Virus record (IMG/VR): IMGVR_UViG_3300025872_000001
Reading direction: 5' to 3' (one strand)
Origin: a virus
Length of the DNA: 64,000 nt
In this document: one piece after another, positions 1 to 11,732 of the stretch
Position numbering within the stretch: the stretch's first letter is position 1
Layout of the letters: each line of letters begins with the position of its first letter
Made by a program: the position numbers and the translations under genes
The notes under the pieces: model-generated
Told to the model about the DNA's origin: nothing
Databases searched by the model: none
The model's input: the letters and a program-made list of their open reading frames with translations, nothing else

Positions 1-2585
<2,585 letters not shown>

Positions 2586-2625
2586 AAAAAATTGAAAAAT
2601 ATCTTTTGAGAAAATATCATTGTTT

Positions 2626-3189
2626 GTGATAACAAACTATGTTTTATTTCCAGAAACTTTAACAGAAAAATTCTGTGATCTTGTATGTGAAGTCGCTTAC
2701 CAATATCCAGAGCAAGAGGCTACGCTATATAAAGAGAGATCGGTAAATAAAAATTTTAGAAGCAGCACAGTCAGATGGATAAATGAACACAAGCATCCAG
2801 AGATTAATCTTATATTAAACTCATATGTAAATAGTGCAAATTTAAAACATTTTGGGTTTGATATTTCTCTTGGGCCAGCTGCATTTCAATATACAGAATA
2901 TAGAGGAGAAAGCAATGATCATTTTAATTGGCATATAGATTGTCTATATGATAATAATCCAATTTCAGATAGAAAATTAACTTTATGCGTTCTTTTGAAC
3001 GATCCTTCAGAATATGAAGGTGGGGTATTTTATTTAGACAATGTAGTTCCAAAATTTGATCCAAATGAGTATTCTAAAAAGGGTTCTATGGTAATATTCC
3101 CATCTTACTGTAGGCATTGTGTAACAAAAGTAACAAAGGGAATCAGAAAAAGTTTAGTGATATGGTATCATGGCCCAAGATTTAGATAA
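2626..3189 (+). CDS. 2OG-Fe(II) oxygenase (prolyl-4-hydroxylase/PKHD-like)
   Basis: Motifs WHID (HxD), RKLT, YEGG, FPSY..HCV and RKSLVIW. A GTG start at 2626 is preferred from promoter spacing (ORF track gives 2620). Confidence 0.88.
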   Translation: MITNYVLFPETLTEKFCDLVCEVAYQYPEQEATLYKERSVNKNFRSSTVRWINEHKHPEINLILNSYVNSANLKHFGFDISLGPAAFQYTEYRGESNDHFNWHIDCLYDNNPISDRKLTLCVLLNDPSEYEGGVFYLDNVVPKFDPNEYSKKGSMVIFPSYCRHCVTKVTKGIRKSLVIWYHGPRFR

Positions 3190-3190
3190 A

Positions 3191-5008
3191 ATGACTCCTA
3201 AATTTAGTATTGTTTTAATAGCCAGGAACGAAGAAAAAACTCTTCCAAAACTAATAAATTCACTTTCTGAATTTAAACAAAGAGGTGGGGAGGTAATTTT
3301 AGTAGACACTGGATCAAATGATAATACTGTTAATATAGCTAAAGAACTTGGCTGTAAAGTAACAGAAGTTGGAGAGAAATTTATTAAAATTATTGATGAA
3401 GATTTAGCTAAAAAAATCAATAAAAAGTTCATTGTTGATGGTGAACCGGAAGTCGTTAAACCAAATTCAAAAGTTTTTGATTATTCAAGCGCAAGAAATT
3501 TCGCCGCAGAATTAGCGTCTAATGATTTTATAGCGATGCCAGATTGCGATGAACAATATACAAAATTAAATATAGATGAAATTAATAAAAAAATAGAAGC
3601 TGGAGAAAAGCAATTTGATTATAATTTTGTTTATAGTCATGATCGCAATGGTAATGAAGCAATAAAATTTATTCATTCAAAATTTTATAATAGAAAATTT
3701 TTAAAATGGGTTGGCATAATTCATGAGGTTTTACAAGGCAATGTAAAGAGGCATTTCTTTAATGAGAATATTATTAAGTTAGAGCATTGGCAAATTCCTT
3801 CTGAAAATAGATCTAGATATTTATCTGGTTTGGCTTTAGATTGTTATCTAAATCCAGATAAAGATAGAAATTCTCATTATTTTGCGAGAGAAATGTTCTA
3901 CAATAAAATGTGGAAGTCTGCCTCAAAAGAATTTGAAAGACATATAGCCATGAATAAATGGCAGACAGAAAGAGGACAGTCTATGGTTTTTCTTGGTGAC
4001 TGTTTGATAAATTTAAATAAAATAGAAGAAGGGCTTCAGCAATATCATAGAGCAATAATTACTGGGCCACAAAGAAGAATAGCTTTTCTTAGACTGGCTG
4101 CTTTTATGATGAAAAATAAAGATTTCATAAGAGCTATAGCTTATGCAAAAGCCGCATTAGAAATCCCTTATTTAGCTTCTTATACTGAGTCTATGGCTAA
4201 CTATAGCCATGAGCCGCATTATTATCTATATCATTCTTATGGTTGGGTTGGGGGTAAAGTAAAAGAAGCCAAATATCATAATAATATTGCTATAGATTTA
4301 GATATGCAAAATGAAAAATATCTTCGAGACTGGAAATATTATAATTACTGTCCTAAAGTATCTATCGTAATTCCAACTTTAGGTAGAGAAGATTCTTTAA
4401 ATAAATTATTAGAAGCAATTAAAATAAATGCTAATTACGATAATTATGAAATAATTATAGAAAGAGATTCGTTTGAAAATAGGCGGGGAGTTTGTAAAAC
4501 ATTTAATTCTGGGGTAGAAAAATCTACTGGTGAATTAGTAATGTTTTTGGGTAATGATTGTTTGCCGCAAAAAAATTTCTTAATTCACGCGATCAGAGAT
4601 ATGAGTAAGAATTTTAAAAATTTTGATGGCATGGTGGCTTTAAAAACTATATTCAAAGCTAAAGATGGTTACAAACAATTTATTGATGAAAATAGCTCTC
4701 ATTTTTTAATTTCTAAAAAACTTTTACCTCATTTTAATAATAATTTTTTTAATTTAGCATACGATCATTATTTTTGTGATAACGAATTAGCTGAGAGATG
4801 TAAAGCGATAAATAAATTTGCAGAATCTGAAAATTGTGTAATTTTACATTCCAATCCCCATCGCGGACTAGAGGTAGAATATGATGATGTTTCAAAAATT
4901 TCTCATTCTTTTTTTGAGAAAGATAGAAAAACATTTATAAAAAGAATGAAAGATTTTGGTTTTCATAAAATTTTAATTGAGAAATATTTAAAATTAATAA
5001 ATATTTAA
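3191..5008 (+). CDS. Glycosyltransferase: GT2 domain, TPR region, second GT2 domain
   Basis: FSIVLIARNEE, VDTGSND, DYSSARNFA, DCDE, IHE; a helical TPR-like middle; then VSIVIPT...FLGND. Confidence 0.88.
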   Translation: MTPKFSIVLIARNEEKTLPKLINSLSEFKQRGGEVILVDTGSNDNTVNIAKELGCKVTEVGEKFIKIIDEDLAKKINKKFIVDGEPEVVKPNSKVFDYSSARNFAAELASNDFIAMPDCDEQYTKLNIDEINKKIEAGEKQFDYNFVYSHDRNGNEAIKFIHSKFYNRKFLKWVGIIHEVLQGNVKRHFFNENIIKLEHWQIPSENRSRYLSGLALDCYLNPDKDRNSHYFAREMFYNKMWKSASKEFERHIAMNKWQTERGQSMVFLGDCLINLNKIEEGLQQYHRAIITGPQRRIAFLRLAAFMMKNKDFIRAIAYAKAALEIPYLASYTESMANYSHEPHYYLYHSYGWVGGKVKEAKYHNNIAIDLDMQNEKYLRDWKYYNYCPKVSIVIPTLGREDSLNKLLEAIKINANYDNYEIIIERDSFENRRGVCKTFNSGVEKSTGELVMFLGNDCLPQKNFLIHAIRDMSKNFKNFDGMVALKTIFKAKDGYKQFIDENSSHFLISKKLLPHFNNNFFNLAYDHYFCDNELAERCKAINKFAESENCVILHSNPHRGLEVEYDDVSKISHSFFEKDRKTFIKRMKDFGFHKILIEKYLKLINI

Positions 5009-5584
5009 ATGCAAAAGGCAATAGTCGTCGGCAAAGGCAAAACCGCCAAATTTATAAAAAAACAAGATTATCAAAATGATATTTTGGTTGGCATTAATCA
5101 GGCAGCTTTATTTTTAGATTATCCAGATTTTGTTTTTGCAAATGACATTGAAGGTTTAGATGGAATTTCAGAAGAAAAATTTTTAAATATAAAAAATTTA
5201 GCAATTCCAGAGTATCCTCATTATAAATTAGGACCGCATTTAAATATTAAATATGATGTGATTTTGCCTAAATGTAAAAATAATTTAATTATATATAACA
5301 TATGGTCTTGTCCGCAGAAAACTGATAATTTTCCATATATTGATCATGATGTTGTGTCTAGCGGCGATACAGCAATTGCTTTTTTAGCAAAATTTTATAA
5401 TATAAAAAACTTTGAATTATATGGTATAGCAAATGAACCAGAATATCATCAGAATGTTATTGATAATTTACCCAGTAATCTTAAAAATTTTTCTAAAAAT
5501 TGGAACTCATCTAATGTAAGTCGAGTAAAAAGTAGTTTAGAAAAATTAAAAGTAAGTTATAATTTAAATATACAAATTAATTAA
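5009..5584 (+). CDS. Sialyltransferase-like/Maf-like (GT42/DUF115-type fold) protein
   Basis: AIVVGKGKT, GINQA, DFVFAND, SSGDTAIAFL and ELYGI resemble the GNGPS...SG...IYLxGxD pattern. Confidence 0.5.
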   Translation: MQKAIVVGKGKTAKFIKKQDYQNDILVGINQAALFLDYPDFVFANDIEGLDGISEEKFLNIKNLAIPEYPHYKLGPHLNIKYDVILPKCKNNLIIYNIWSCPQKTDNFPYIDHDVVSSGDTAIAFLAKFYNIKNFELYGIANEPEYHQNVIDNLPSNLKNFSKNWNSSNVSRVKSSLEKLKVSYNLNIQIN

Positions 5585-5585
5585 T

Positions 5586-6140
5586 ATGAAAACAAGTATT
5601 ATTGTTGTTGATAATTTTTATTCAAATCCAGATTCTGTTAGAAAATTTGCCTTGTCTCAGAAATTTGATGTTAAAGGAAACTTTCCTGGATTTAGGACAA
5701 AAGATTTTTTATCTGAAGACGTAAAATCATGTATACAAGAATTTGTAAAACCATTCACTGGAAAATTTATTGGCTTTTCAAAAATGTATAGCGGAAGTTT
5801 TCAAATAGCAACTGCTAAAGATAGAACTTGGATACATGCAGATTACACGACAACGTGGGCTGGAGTCTGCTATTTAACGCCTAATGCTCCACATACTGGA
5901 GGGACAGGTTTATTTAGACACAAGGCAACAGGAGCATTTTCATCTTCTGAATTACCAAAAGGTAAAAATATAGAAGGTTTTGATTATACAAAATGGGATT
6001 TAGTAGATACAATTGGAAATAAATATAATAGGCTTGTCATGTATAGAGGAGATTTATTTCATGCATCATTAGATTATTTTGGAGATACGAATGAAAATGG
6101 TAGATTATTTCAACTTTTCTTTTTTGATACTGAATTTTAA
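5586..6140 (+). CDS. 2OG-Fe(II) oxygenase-like protein (DUF6445-like)
   Basis: IIVVDNFY.NPD.VR, FPG.RT, WIHAD, GVCYLTP, GT, YNRLV.Y....FH, RLFQLFF. Confidence 0.8.
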   Translation: MKTSIIVVDNFYSNPDSVRKFALSQKFDVKGNFPGFRTKDFLSEDVKSCIQEFVKPFTGKFIGFSKMYSGSFQIATAKDRTWIHADYTTTWAGVCYLTPNAPHTGGTGLFRHKATGAFSSSELPKGKNIEGFDYTKWDLVDTIGNKYNRLVMYRGDLFHASLDYFGDTNENGRLFQLFFFDTEF

Positions 6141-6530
6141 TCAGTCATATTCTACTTTAACTTTGTTTGATTCATAACTCTTTTTCATAATTAAAGAAGG
6201 ATGCTTTTTTCCTTTTGTTTTCTTAGAATAGTCGTTTAAGAATTTTTCTTTAATTGGATCTTGACCACCATGTTCTTTTGCGCGTTTTTCACTAAGTTCG
6301 TTACTCTTATCCAATAAGTCTCCATAAGTACCTTTCTTATTCTTTGTCGCGTCAATAAATGCCACTGGATTATTGGCGTCTATTTGTGAGTCTACGGCGG
6401 CATTGGGTACTTGGAATACCCTTTTCCATTCAAGCCCATTTTCGTCAGCATATGTATGCTTCTCGTTCATTCCTTGAAGCACATCGATTGTTTCTCCGGT
6501 CTTTGGGTTTTCGTAGGTATAAAGTGGCAT
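6141..6530 (-). CDS. FmdB-like small protein (lacks the Zn-ribbon cysteines)
   Basis: The N-terminus MPLYTYE...GE...V.Q.M is typical of the FmdB family. Confidence 0.55.
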   Translation of the reverse strand: MPLYTYENPKTGETIDVLQGMNEKHTYADENGLEWKRVFQVPNAAVDSQIDANNPVAFIDATKNKKGTYGDLLDKSNELSEKRAKEHGGQDPIKEKFLNDYSKKTKGKKHPSLIMKKSYESNKVKVEYD

Positions 6531-6544
6531 ATTTTATATTAACA

Positions 6545-6570
6545 AAAAAGCCGCTTTTTCAAGCGGCTTT
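6545..6570 (-). terminator. Rho-independent terminator after Hsp20
   Basis: Minus strand reads AAAGCCGCTT-GAAA-AAGCGGCTTTTTT. Confidence 0.8.
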
Positions 6571-6574
6571 GAAT

Positions 6575-6901
6575 TTATTCAATTTTAATTGTCCTTGGTC
6601 TAGTTGATTGCTTATATGGAATTTTAATTTTAAGCTCGCCGTCTTGCATTGCCGCAGTGGCTTTTGTCAAATCAAATGAATCGCAAACATCATAAGTCTC
6701 TTCGTATTTATCATTGCCTTTCTTAGCTTCAATTTTAAATGAAGAGTTAGACTCTGTATAAGTGATATTTACGTTGTTTTTGGCAAAGCCAGCAAGGGCC
6801 ACTGTTACTTCTGCGCCTTCATCTGTAATGGTTGGCGAAGAATAGTTCCTAAGACGGAAGTTACGAGACGAATTAGTTGTATAAGTTAATGTTGTGTACA
6901 T
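6575..6901 (-). CDS. Small heat-shock protein (Hsp20/alpha-crystallin)
   Basis: VALAGF.K..V.I, A.M.DGEL.IKIP, and C-terminal IKI (IXI motif). Confidence 0.8.
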   Translation of the reverse strand: MYTTLTYTTNSSRNFRLRNYSSPTITDEGAEVTVALAGFAKNNVNITYTESNSSFKIEAKKGNDKYEETYDVCDSFDLTKATAAMQDGELKIKIPYKQSTRPRTIKIE

Positions 6902-6950
6902 GGTTTATAGGGTTAGGCTTATTAAATAGCAAACGCTATGCCATACAGCT

Positions 6951-8063
6951 TCAGAGGGAGCCGCCAGCAACTTTCTCTAAAACTGGAACAATTTGGCTCA
7001 CAGTATTGGCATAAGTGAACTTTTTGCCCAATTCGATACCATTCTCATTCTTTCTGCCAGCTTCAACCATAGCAATCGCTACTTCCATTTTATAAATAGC
7101 TTCTTCTTCGTCAAAATCGTATATTGACCCTTGATTAAAATCAGATCCCTTCTTAAAGAAGATTCCATCATAAGCTTCTATTTTGTTTGAAGGCTTAACT
7201 AGTAATGCATTATCAGAATTAGCCCAATCGGTATGACTAGTCGCATTTAAAACAATACTCCATTTGCCTAGACAGGTTGCATTAAAAGCTGGTAGACCCC
7301 AACCTTCAGCGCCAGAAAGGCCACTTAAATCAATATCAGCAGAATTTAAAACGTCATTTACTTCAGAGTTTGTAGCAACATAAGGTAAAATATTAATATT
7401 CGAAGCAAGAGACTTATACCCAATCAAAAGCTTTTTCATCAATTCTTTATCCAAAAAAGGATTAAGTATAGAACAAGAAAGCTGATATTTAGGGTTGTTG
7501 CCAAATTTTTTGGCCCAAAGTTTAATTATTTTGTCTGTATGCTTTCTTTTTTCAAATTTACCCATTAACAAAAAGTGAATTTTACCTTCTAGATATTTTT
7601 TGTCAGTAGGTTTAAAACATTCGTCAAACCCCAGCGGCACAGAAAAAGTATTTTTAGCTCCGTTTGTCTTAAACGTTTCTGCCGCATAAGAACTGGAAAA
7701 AATAGTCGCATCTTGAAGATTGACCAACGACTTTTCAATATCAGTTGGTTGGTCAAGCTCATAGAAAGAAAATAAAACCTGCTTTGAAGAAATCCTCTTC
7801 TCGGCCCCATTAATGTGCCAAAGTTTTAACGATATGGCATCTTTCGATAATTTAGAATACTTTGCTTCAATAAGCGATTTAATCCACTTATGGAACTCAG
7901 AATCTTCCTTATCAAAGGCGCTAAGATCTGGATTGCTTATTGGATAATAAGCAATCTCAAAACTTTGATCTCGTTGATTTAGCCTATAAAGCTCACGAAG
8001 AATATTATAGGCTACATTTCCAAACGAAATTTGGTTTAATGGGGCTTCGAAGATAATCTTCAT
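6951..8063 (-). CDS. Glycosyltransferase (GT-B, GT4-like)
   Basis: FLLMGKFEKRKH, SGAEGWGLP. Confidence 0.8.
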   Translation of the reverse strand: MKIIFEAPLNQISFGNVAYNILRELYRLNQRDQSFEIAYYPISNPDLSAFDKEDSEFHKWIKSLIEAKYSKLSKDAISLKLWHINGAEKRISSKQVLFSFYELDQPTDIEKSLVNLQDATIFSSSYAAETFKTNGAKNTFSVPLGFDECFKPTDKKYLEGKIHFLLMGKFEKRKHTDKIIKLWAKKFGNNPKYQLSCSILNPFLDKELMKKLLIGYKSLASNINILPYVATNSEVNDVLNSADIDLSGLSGAEGWGLPAFNATCLGKWSIVLNATSHTDWANSDNALLVKPSNKIEAYDGIFFKKGSDFNQGSIYDFDEEEAIYKMEVAIAMVEAGRKNENGIELGKKFTYANTVSQIVPVLEKVAGGSL

Positions 8064-8500
8064 CAGATTGGAATATCGTCGTCGTCTTGTTGAGAAGAAG
8101 CTTTTGCAGCGGGTTTTGAATAAGACTTCGCTGCTGTTTTGGCCGCTGGGCGTGGACCATCCACTTCCTCATCCGCAGATTCAGCGTCTTTCTTTTTGCC
8201 GCTATTAACAAAGTTAATCTTTTCTGCGACAATAGAAATCTTGCTTTGCTTTTGTCCGTCTTTTTCCCAAAGATCTTGCTTAAGTCGGCCAACAACAGAA
8301 AGAAGACTTCCCTTCTTTACATGCTTTTCCGCGAACTCTGCTTGCTTTTCCCAAACATCAACATCAATAAAAAGAACTTCTTTATCGTTGAGTGGATTGT
8401 TTACTGCCATACGAACAGAAGCGACCTTCTTGCCAGAGTTAGTGGCGCGAACAATTGGGTCGGCTACGGCGTTTCCTGCGATTGCTACTACGTTAATCAT
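8063..8500 (-). CDS. ssb: Single-stranded DNA-binding protein
   Basis: N.V.I.GN..ADP, FIDV.VW.KQAE, KG....V.GRL, and acidic tail DDDDIPI. Confidence 0.95.
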   Translation of the reverse strand: MINVVAIAGNAVADPIVRATNSGKKVASVRMAVNNPLNDKEVLFIDVDVWEKQAEFAEKHVKKGSLLSVVGRLKQDLWEKDGQKQSKISIVAEKINFVNSGKKKDAESADEEVDGPRPAAKTAAKSYSKPAAKASSQQDDDDIPI

Positions 8501-9074
8501 ATTTTTTTTGATAGGTTTTCTTCAGCTTTTTGAAGGCTGAATTGTGGATATTTATACAGCCTTGAATGGATAAGTCAAGCTCTTTTGCGATTTTTCTCCA
8601 AGGTGTTAGTTTTTTTCTGCCATTTAAATATCTCATTTTAAATATTTTTTCGATACGTTTGTCGTCAAATGATTCAATGTAAGAAAAAATTTCATTTAAA
8701 ACTTGATTCTCTGTTTGCTCTTCATTTTCGCTGGTCTCAAAAGCACAATCAAAATTCTCATCCATTTGTTGGTGGCGTCTTTTATTTGAAGAATTTAAAC
8801 AAAGCCATCTTGTGCAATTACCAAGATACGTTGAAAATTTTATATTTCGTTTTTCGTCATAAGACTGAATCGCATCGTATATATGAGATTCTTTACTATT
8901 TAATAAATCGTAAAAATTATCAACCGCAGTTTCTCTTGGAGCATAGCTATGTATCATCTGAAGATAAATACCAGAGTGGCGATTTACAATCTCCTTAAAA
9001 CAAATGCTGTCGCCATTTGATCTTACCTCTTCGATAAGCTCAAGGTCATTCATTTGTTCTGGCATTAATCTCAT
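8493..9074 (-). CDS. Phage RNA polymerase sigma factor (sigma70 family, regions 2 and 4)
   Basis: A..YD..RN.KFSTY (region 2) and IFKMRY....TPWRKIAKELDLS (region 4 HTH). Confidence 0.82.
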   Translation of the reverse strand: MRLMPEQMNDLELIEEVRSNGDSICFKEIVNRHSGIYLQMIHSYAPRETAVDNFYDLLNSKESHIYDAIQSYDEKRNIKFSTYLGNCTRWLCLNSSNKRRHQQMDENFDCAFETSENEEQTENQVLNEIFSYIESFDDKRIEKIFKMRYLNGRKKLTPWRKIAKELDLSIQGCINIHNSAFKKLKKTYQKKYD

Positions 9075-9538
9075 GAGCCAGTCCTTTCGCCAAAGCCAGC
9101 CAAGCCGCGATCAGATTCGTCAAGCGATTCTGTTTGATGCGCAGAGAATGCGAACATTGGCATGAATATAAGCTGCCCAATCTTATCTCCCTTTTGATAA
9201 ATCAGAGAGTTTTTAGAAAACTTCTTTCCAAGAAATCTAAATCTAAGCTTTATCGTATTTCTGTAACCAGCATCAATAACTCCAACTGAATTCGCCAAAG
9301 CTAACTCGTACTTGCTAATGCTAGAACGCGGAAACAGTAAGGTATAAAATCCATTTGTTGGTTGAAGCACGACACCAGTATCATATTCGATATACAAAAT
9401 ATTTTTCTTTTTGTCGTCAGAATAAACAATTTCTGGATCGCAAGAAGCAACCAGATCCCAGCCAGCATCTCCTTTGGCTGGGGCAATCAAATTGTTTTCG
9501 AATCCATTTTTTAAAACTTTGAACGATGTTTGTTCCAT
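9071..9538 (-). CDS. dut: dUTPase (trimeric)
   Basis: GDAGWDL, PRSS, GVIDAGYR, GDKIGQL, RG..GFG. Confidence 0.93.
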   Translation of the reverse strand: MEQTSFKVLKNGFENNLIAPAKGDAGWDLVASCDPEIVYSDDKKKNILYIEYDTGVVLQPTNGFYTLLFPRSSISKYELALANSVGVIDAGYRNTIKLRFRFLGKKFSKNSLIYQKGDKIGQLIFMPMFAFSAHQTESLDESDRGLAGFGERTGS

Positions 9539-9573
9539 GACTTGAATTTCGCACAGATTCTAAAAGTTGTCAA
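9539..9573 (-). promoter_or_regulatory. Sigma70-type promoter for the dut-sigma-ssb operon
   Basis: TTGACA on the minus strand at 9573-9568, 35 nt upstream of the ATG. Confidence 0.65.
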
Positions 9574-9590
9574 TCCGTTTTCAACAAATC

Positions 9591-9730
9591 GCGCAAAGCG
9601 CAATAAAAATACGAAGTATTTTTATTAAGAAAGGGGGATGGGGATCAAGGGATAGTTTGGGGGGATAATAGGGGGGGGAGTCTGAGGGGGGGGGAAGAGG
9701 GGGGGAAAGAAAGGGATAAGGGGAAGGGGG
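9591..9730. other. Intergenic hairpins plus purine-rich poly-G tract (G-quadruplex-prone; candidate origin or regulatory element)
   Basis: Perfect 11-bp inverted repeat AATAAAAATAC-GAA-GTATTTTTATT at 9602-9626, then ten G runs of 3-9 nt at 9633-9730. Confidence 0.6.
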
Positions 9731-9752
9731 AAAACAGTGTAAATTTAAAATT

Positions 9753-10439
9753 ATGGCTAGTTTGCATAAGAAACCTATAATTATTTTTATAGTAACATTT
9801 TTTATAAGCAGCGCGCTTTTTTATCAATTTCATTGGAAGAATTATATCGTAAGTAATTTGTTCAAAAAGTATTGCGCATCAGACGAGGCGAAACCTATAA
9901 TTATAAGGGATTCTAATCCAAATATTGAATTAAATATGGGTAGTTTAAAGTCTGACCCACAGCCGAAACATGCTTTCATAAGCGATTCTTTTGAAGCTGA
10001 AAAACTAGAAGATCTTCTTTTTTTATTTGGGTTACCTAAAACAGCAACAATTTTATTTAGAGATGAAAAATATTCACTTGTAACACTCGAATATCTTGAT
10101 CGATATAGCAAATGGTGGATTGAATTTTTAGATAAAAATAAATTAAAATTCCACGAAAACTACTTTGATTGCGACAATTATTCAGATCTTTTTATGGTAT
10201 TATTTGTTTTGTCTAGCAGGCGGTATGAACTTTCTCAAAAATCTCAAATTGCTTGTGGAACATTGATAGTTGAAACTGTTGAGGCTTTTGCTGGAATACC
10301 TGCTAAAACTAATGCTTGGCATTCATTAAATATTATATGGACCGATGCTGGGTGGTTTGTTATAGAACCTCAAAATGGAGTTTATATAAGTCTTAGCTCT
10401 TATCCTAACAAAAACGGCATAAAGGCGGTAATATTTTAG
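9753..10439 (+). CDS. Membrane-anchored papain/transglutaminase-like protein (MOA agglutinin C-terminal-like)
   Basis: N-terminal hydrophobic helix; FDCDNYS, WHSLN and IEPQ form a Cys-His-Glu-type pattern. Confidence 0.55.
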   Translation: MASLHKKPIIIFIVTFFISSALFYQFHWKNYIVSNLFKKYCASDEAKPIIIRDSNPNIELNMGSLKSDPQPKHAFISDSFEAEKLEDLLFLFGLPKTATILFRDEKYSLVTLEYLDRYSKWWIEFLDKNKLKFHENYFDCDNYSDLFMVLFVLSSRRYELSQKSQIACGTLIVETVEAFAGIPAKTNAWHSLNIIWTDAGWFVIEPQNGVYISLSSYPNKNGIKAVIF

Positions 10440-10455
10440 TGTAAATATATATATT

Positions 10456-10920
10456 ATGGAATTAGATTTTTCTAAAAAAATCAAAACGCAATCTAATGCA
10501 GCTATGCTACCTGGTTTAGCAGAGATTGCAGCATCTTATAGAGCCGCACAGTTTATTGCTCATAATTTTCATAATCTTGTAAAAGGACCAACATTTCTTG
10601 AAGACCACGAATTTCTTGGTGAGTTATATGGCAAATATGAAGGAGCTTATGATGGATGTATTGAGCGTATTATTGCTTTTACTGGAGCCGCAGATGTCAC
10701 AGGAATAACATCTAAGGCTTGTGCAGCCGCCGCTCAAATTAATCCAAACGCTAAATCTTCTTCAGAAATGTTCGCTATAATCCTTACCCTTGAAAAAGGA
10801 TTTTGCGCTTTAATTAAAACAATTGTTCCCGATTGTACAGATGGAACGCAAAATTTCCTTCAAGGTTTAGCTGATGAATCAGAAATGAGACAATATAAAA
10901 TTTCACAAAAAATTCGTTAA
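10456..10920 (+). CDS. Ferritin/Dps-like protein
   Basis: AHNFHNLVKGPTFLEDHEFLGELY....D..IER matches the Dps HW.V.G..F...H..L.E.Y pattern. Confidence 0.75.
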   Translation: MELDFSKKIKTQSNAAMLPGLAEIAASYRAAQFIAHNFHNLVKGPTFLEDHEFLGELYGKYEGAYDGCIERIIAFTGAADVTGITSKACAAAAQINPNAKSSSEMFAIILTLEKGFCALIKTIVPDCTDGTQNFLQGLADESEMRQYKISQKIR

Positions 10921-10921
10921 T

Positions 10922-11698
10922 ATGGAACTAGACTTTTCCAAACAAATCTCCGAAGCTGGCAAAACTGGTCTTTGGGAAAATATAAGAAAAAAGAAAGAAA
11001 GAATGGGCAAGAACTATCGTCCAGCTAAACCTGGCTCTAAAGATAGACCAAGCAAAGAAGCTTGGAAAAAAGCTCAAGCGGCAATCGAGGCCACATATAC
11101 TGAGGCCGAAAAGAAAACGCTTAACAAGCCATTCCGTCTTCCTTCTGGTTCTAAAAAGAAATTCGGCGTTTACGTTAAGAACCCAAAGGGTAATGTTGTG
11201 ATGGTAAAGTTTGGCGATCCAAATATGGAGATCAAACGTGATGATCCAGATCGTCGTAAAAATTTCCGTGCTCGCCATCAATGCGACACCAATCCTGGTC
11301 CTAAATGGAAAGCTCGCTATTGGTCGTGCAGAATGTGGGAGGGTGGCAAATCAGTTACCCAAGTAACAAAAGGCTCTTTGGCTCAGGAAATGATGCAAAT
11401 GGAAGATGATGTTTACGAACAACAAAATCTTTTAAACCAAAATCCAAATCTTACTGAAGCTCCAGAGGTTGAAGATCCAAATGAAGAGATGGTCGATTAT
11501 CACGAAGAGGCCGTAGAAATGGCTATGATTAATGTTTCTTCAATGATGAAAAAGCTTCAAGAAATTCAAGCTATTATTGAAGGCGGTGGTGAAGCTTCAA
11601 TGGAAGCTACTGAAGCTTGGGTTGCTGCGAAATTAACGATTGCCGAAGATTACATCTCTACGGTGCATACTTATCTTTCCGCTGAAAACTCGGAATAA
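10922..11698 (+). CDS. Conserved phage protein (basic N-terminal modules, acidic C-terminus), possibly virion-associated
   Basis: Basic domain LNKPFR...KKF.VYV...VKFGD...FRARH.C...ARYWSC; C-terminal EAWVAAKLT.A.DY. Confidence 0.55.
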   Translation: MELDFSKQISEAGKTGLWENIRKKKERMGKNYRPAKPGSKDRPSKEAWKKAQAAIEATYTEAEKKTLNKPFRLPSGSKKKFGVYVKNPKGNVVMVKFGDPNMEIKRDDPDRRKNFRARHQCDTNPGPKWKARYWSCRMWEGGKSVTQVTKGSLAQEMMQMEDDVYEQQNLLNQNPNLTEAPEVEDPNEEMVDYHEEAVEMAMINVSSMMKKLQEIQAIIEGGGEASMEATEAWVAAKLTIAEDYISTVHTYLSAENSE

Positions 11699-11732
11699 GT
11701 AGAATTTTTCTTCCATGTGATAATATTATTAC

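Noticed and set aside
9645-9833. 62-aa minus-strand Pro-rich ORF
   Set aside because: It is a translation of the complement of the poly-G tract and overlaps a better + strand gene.
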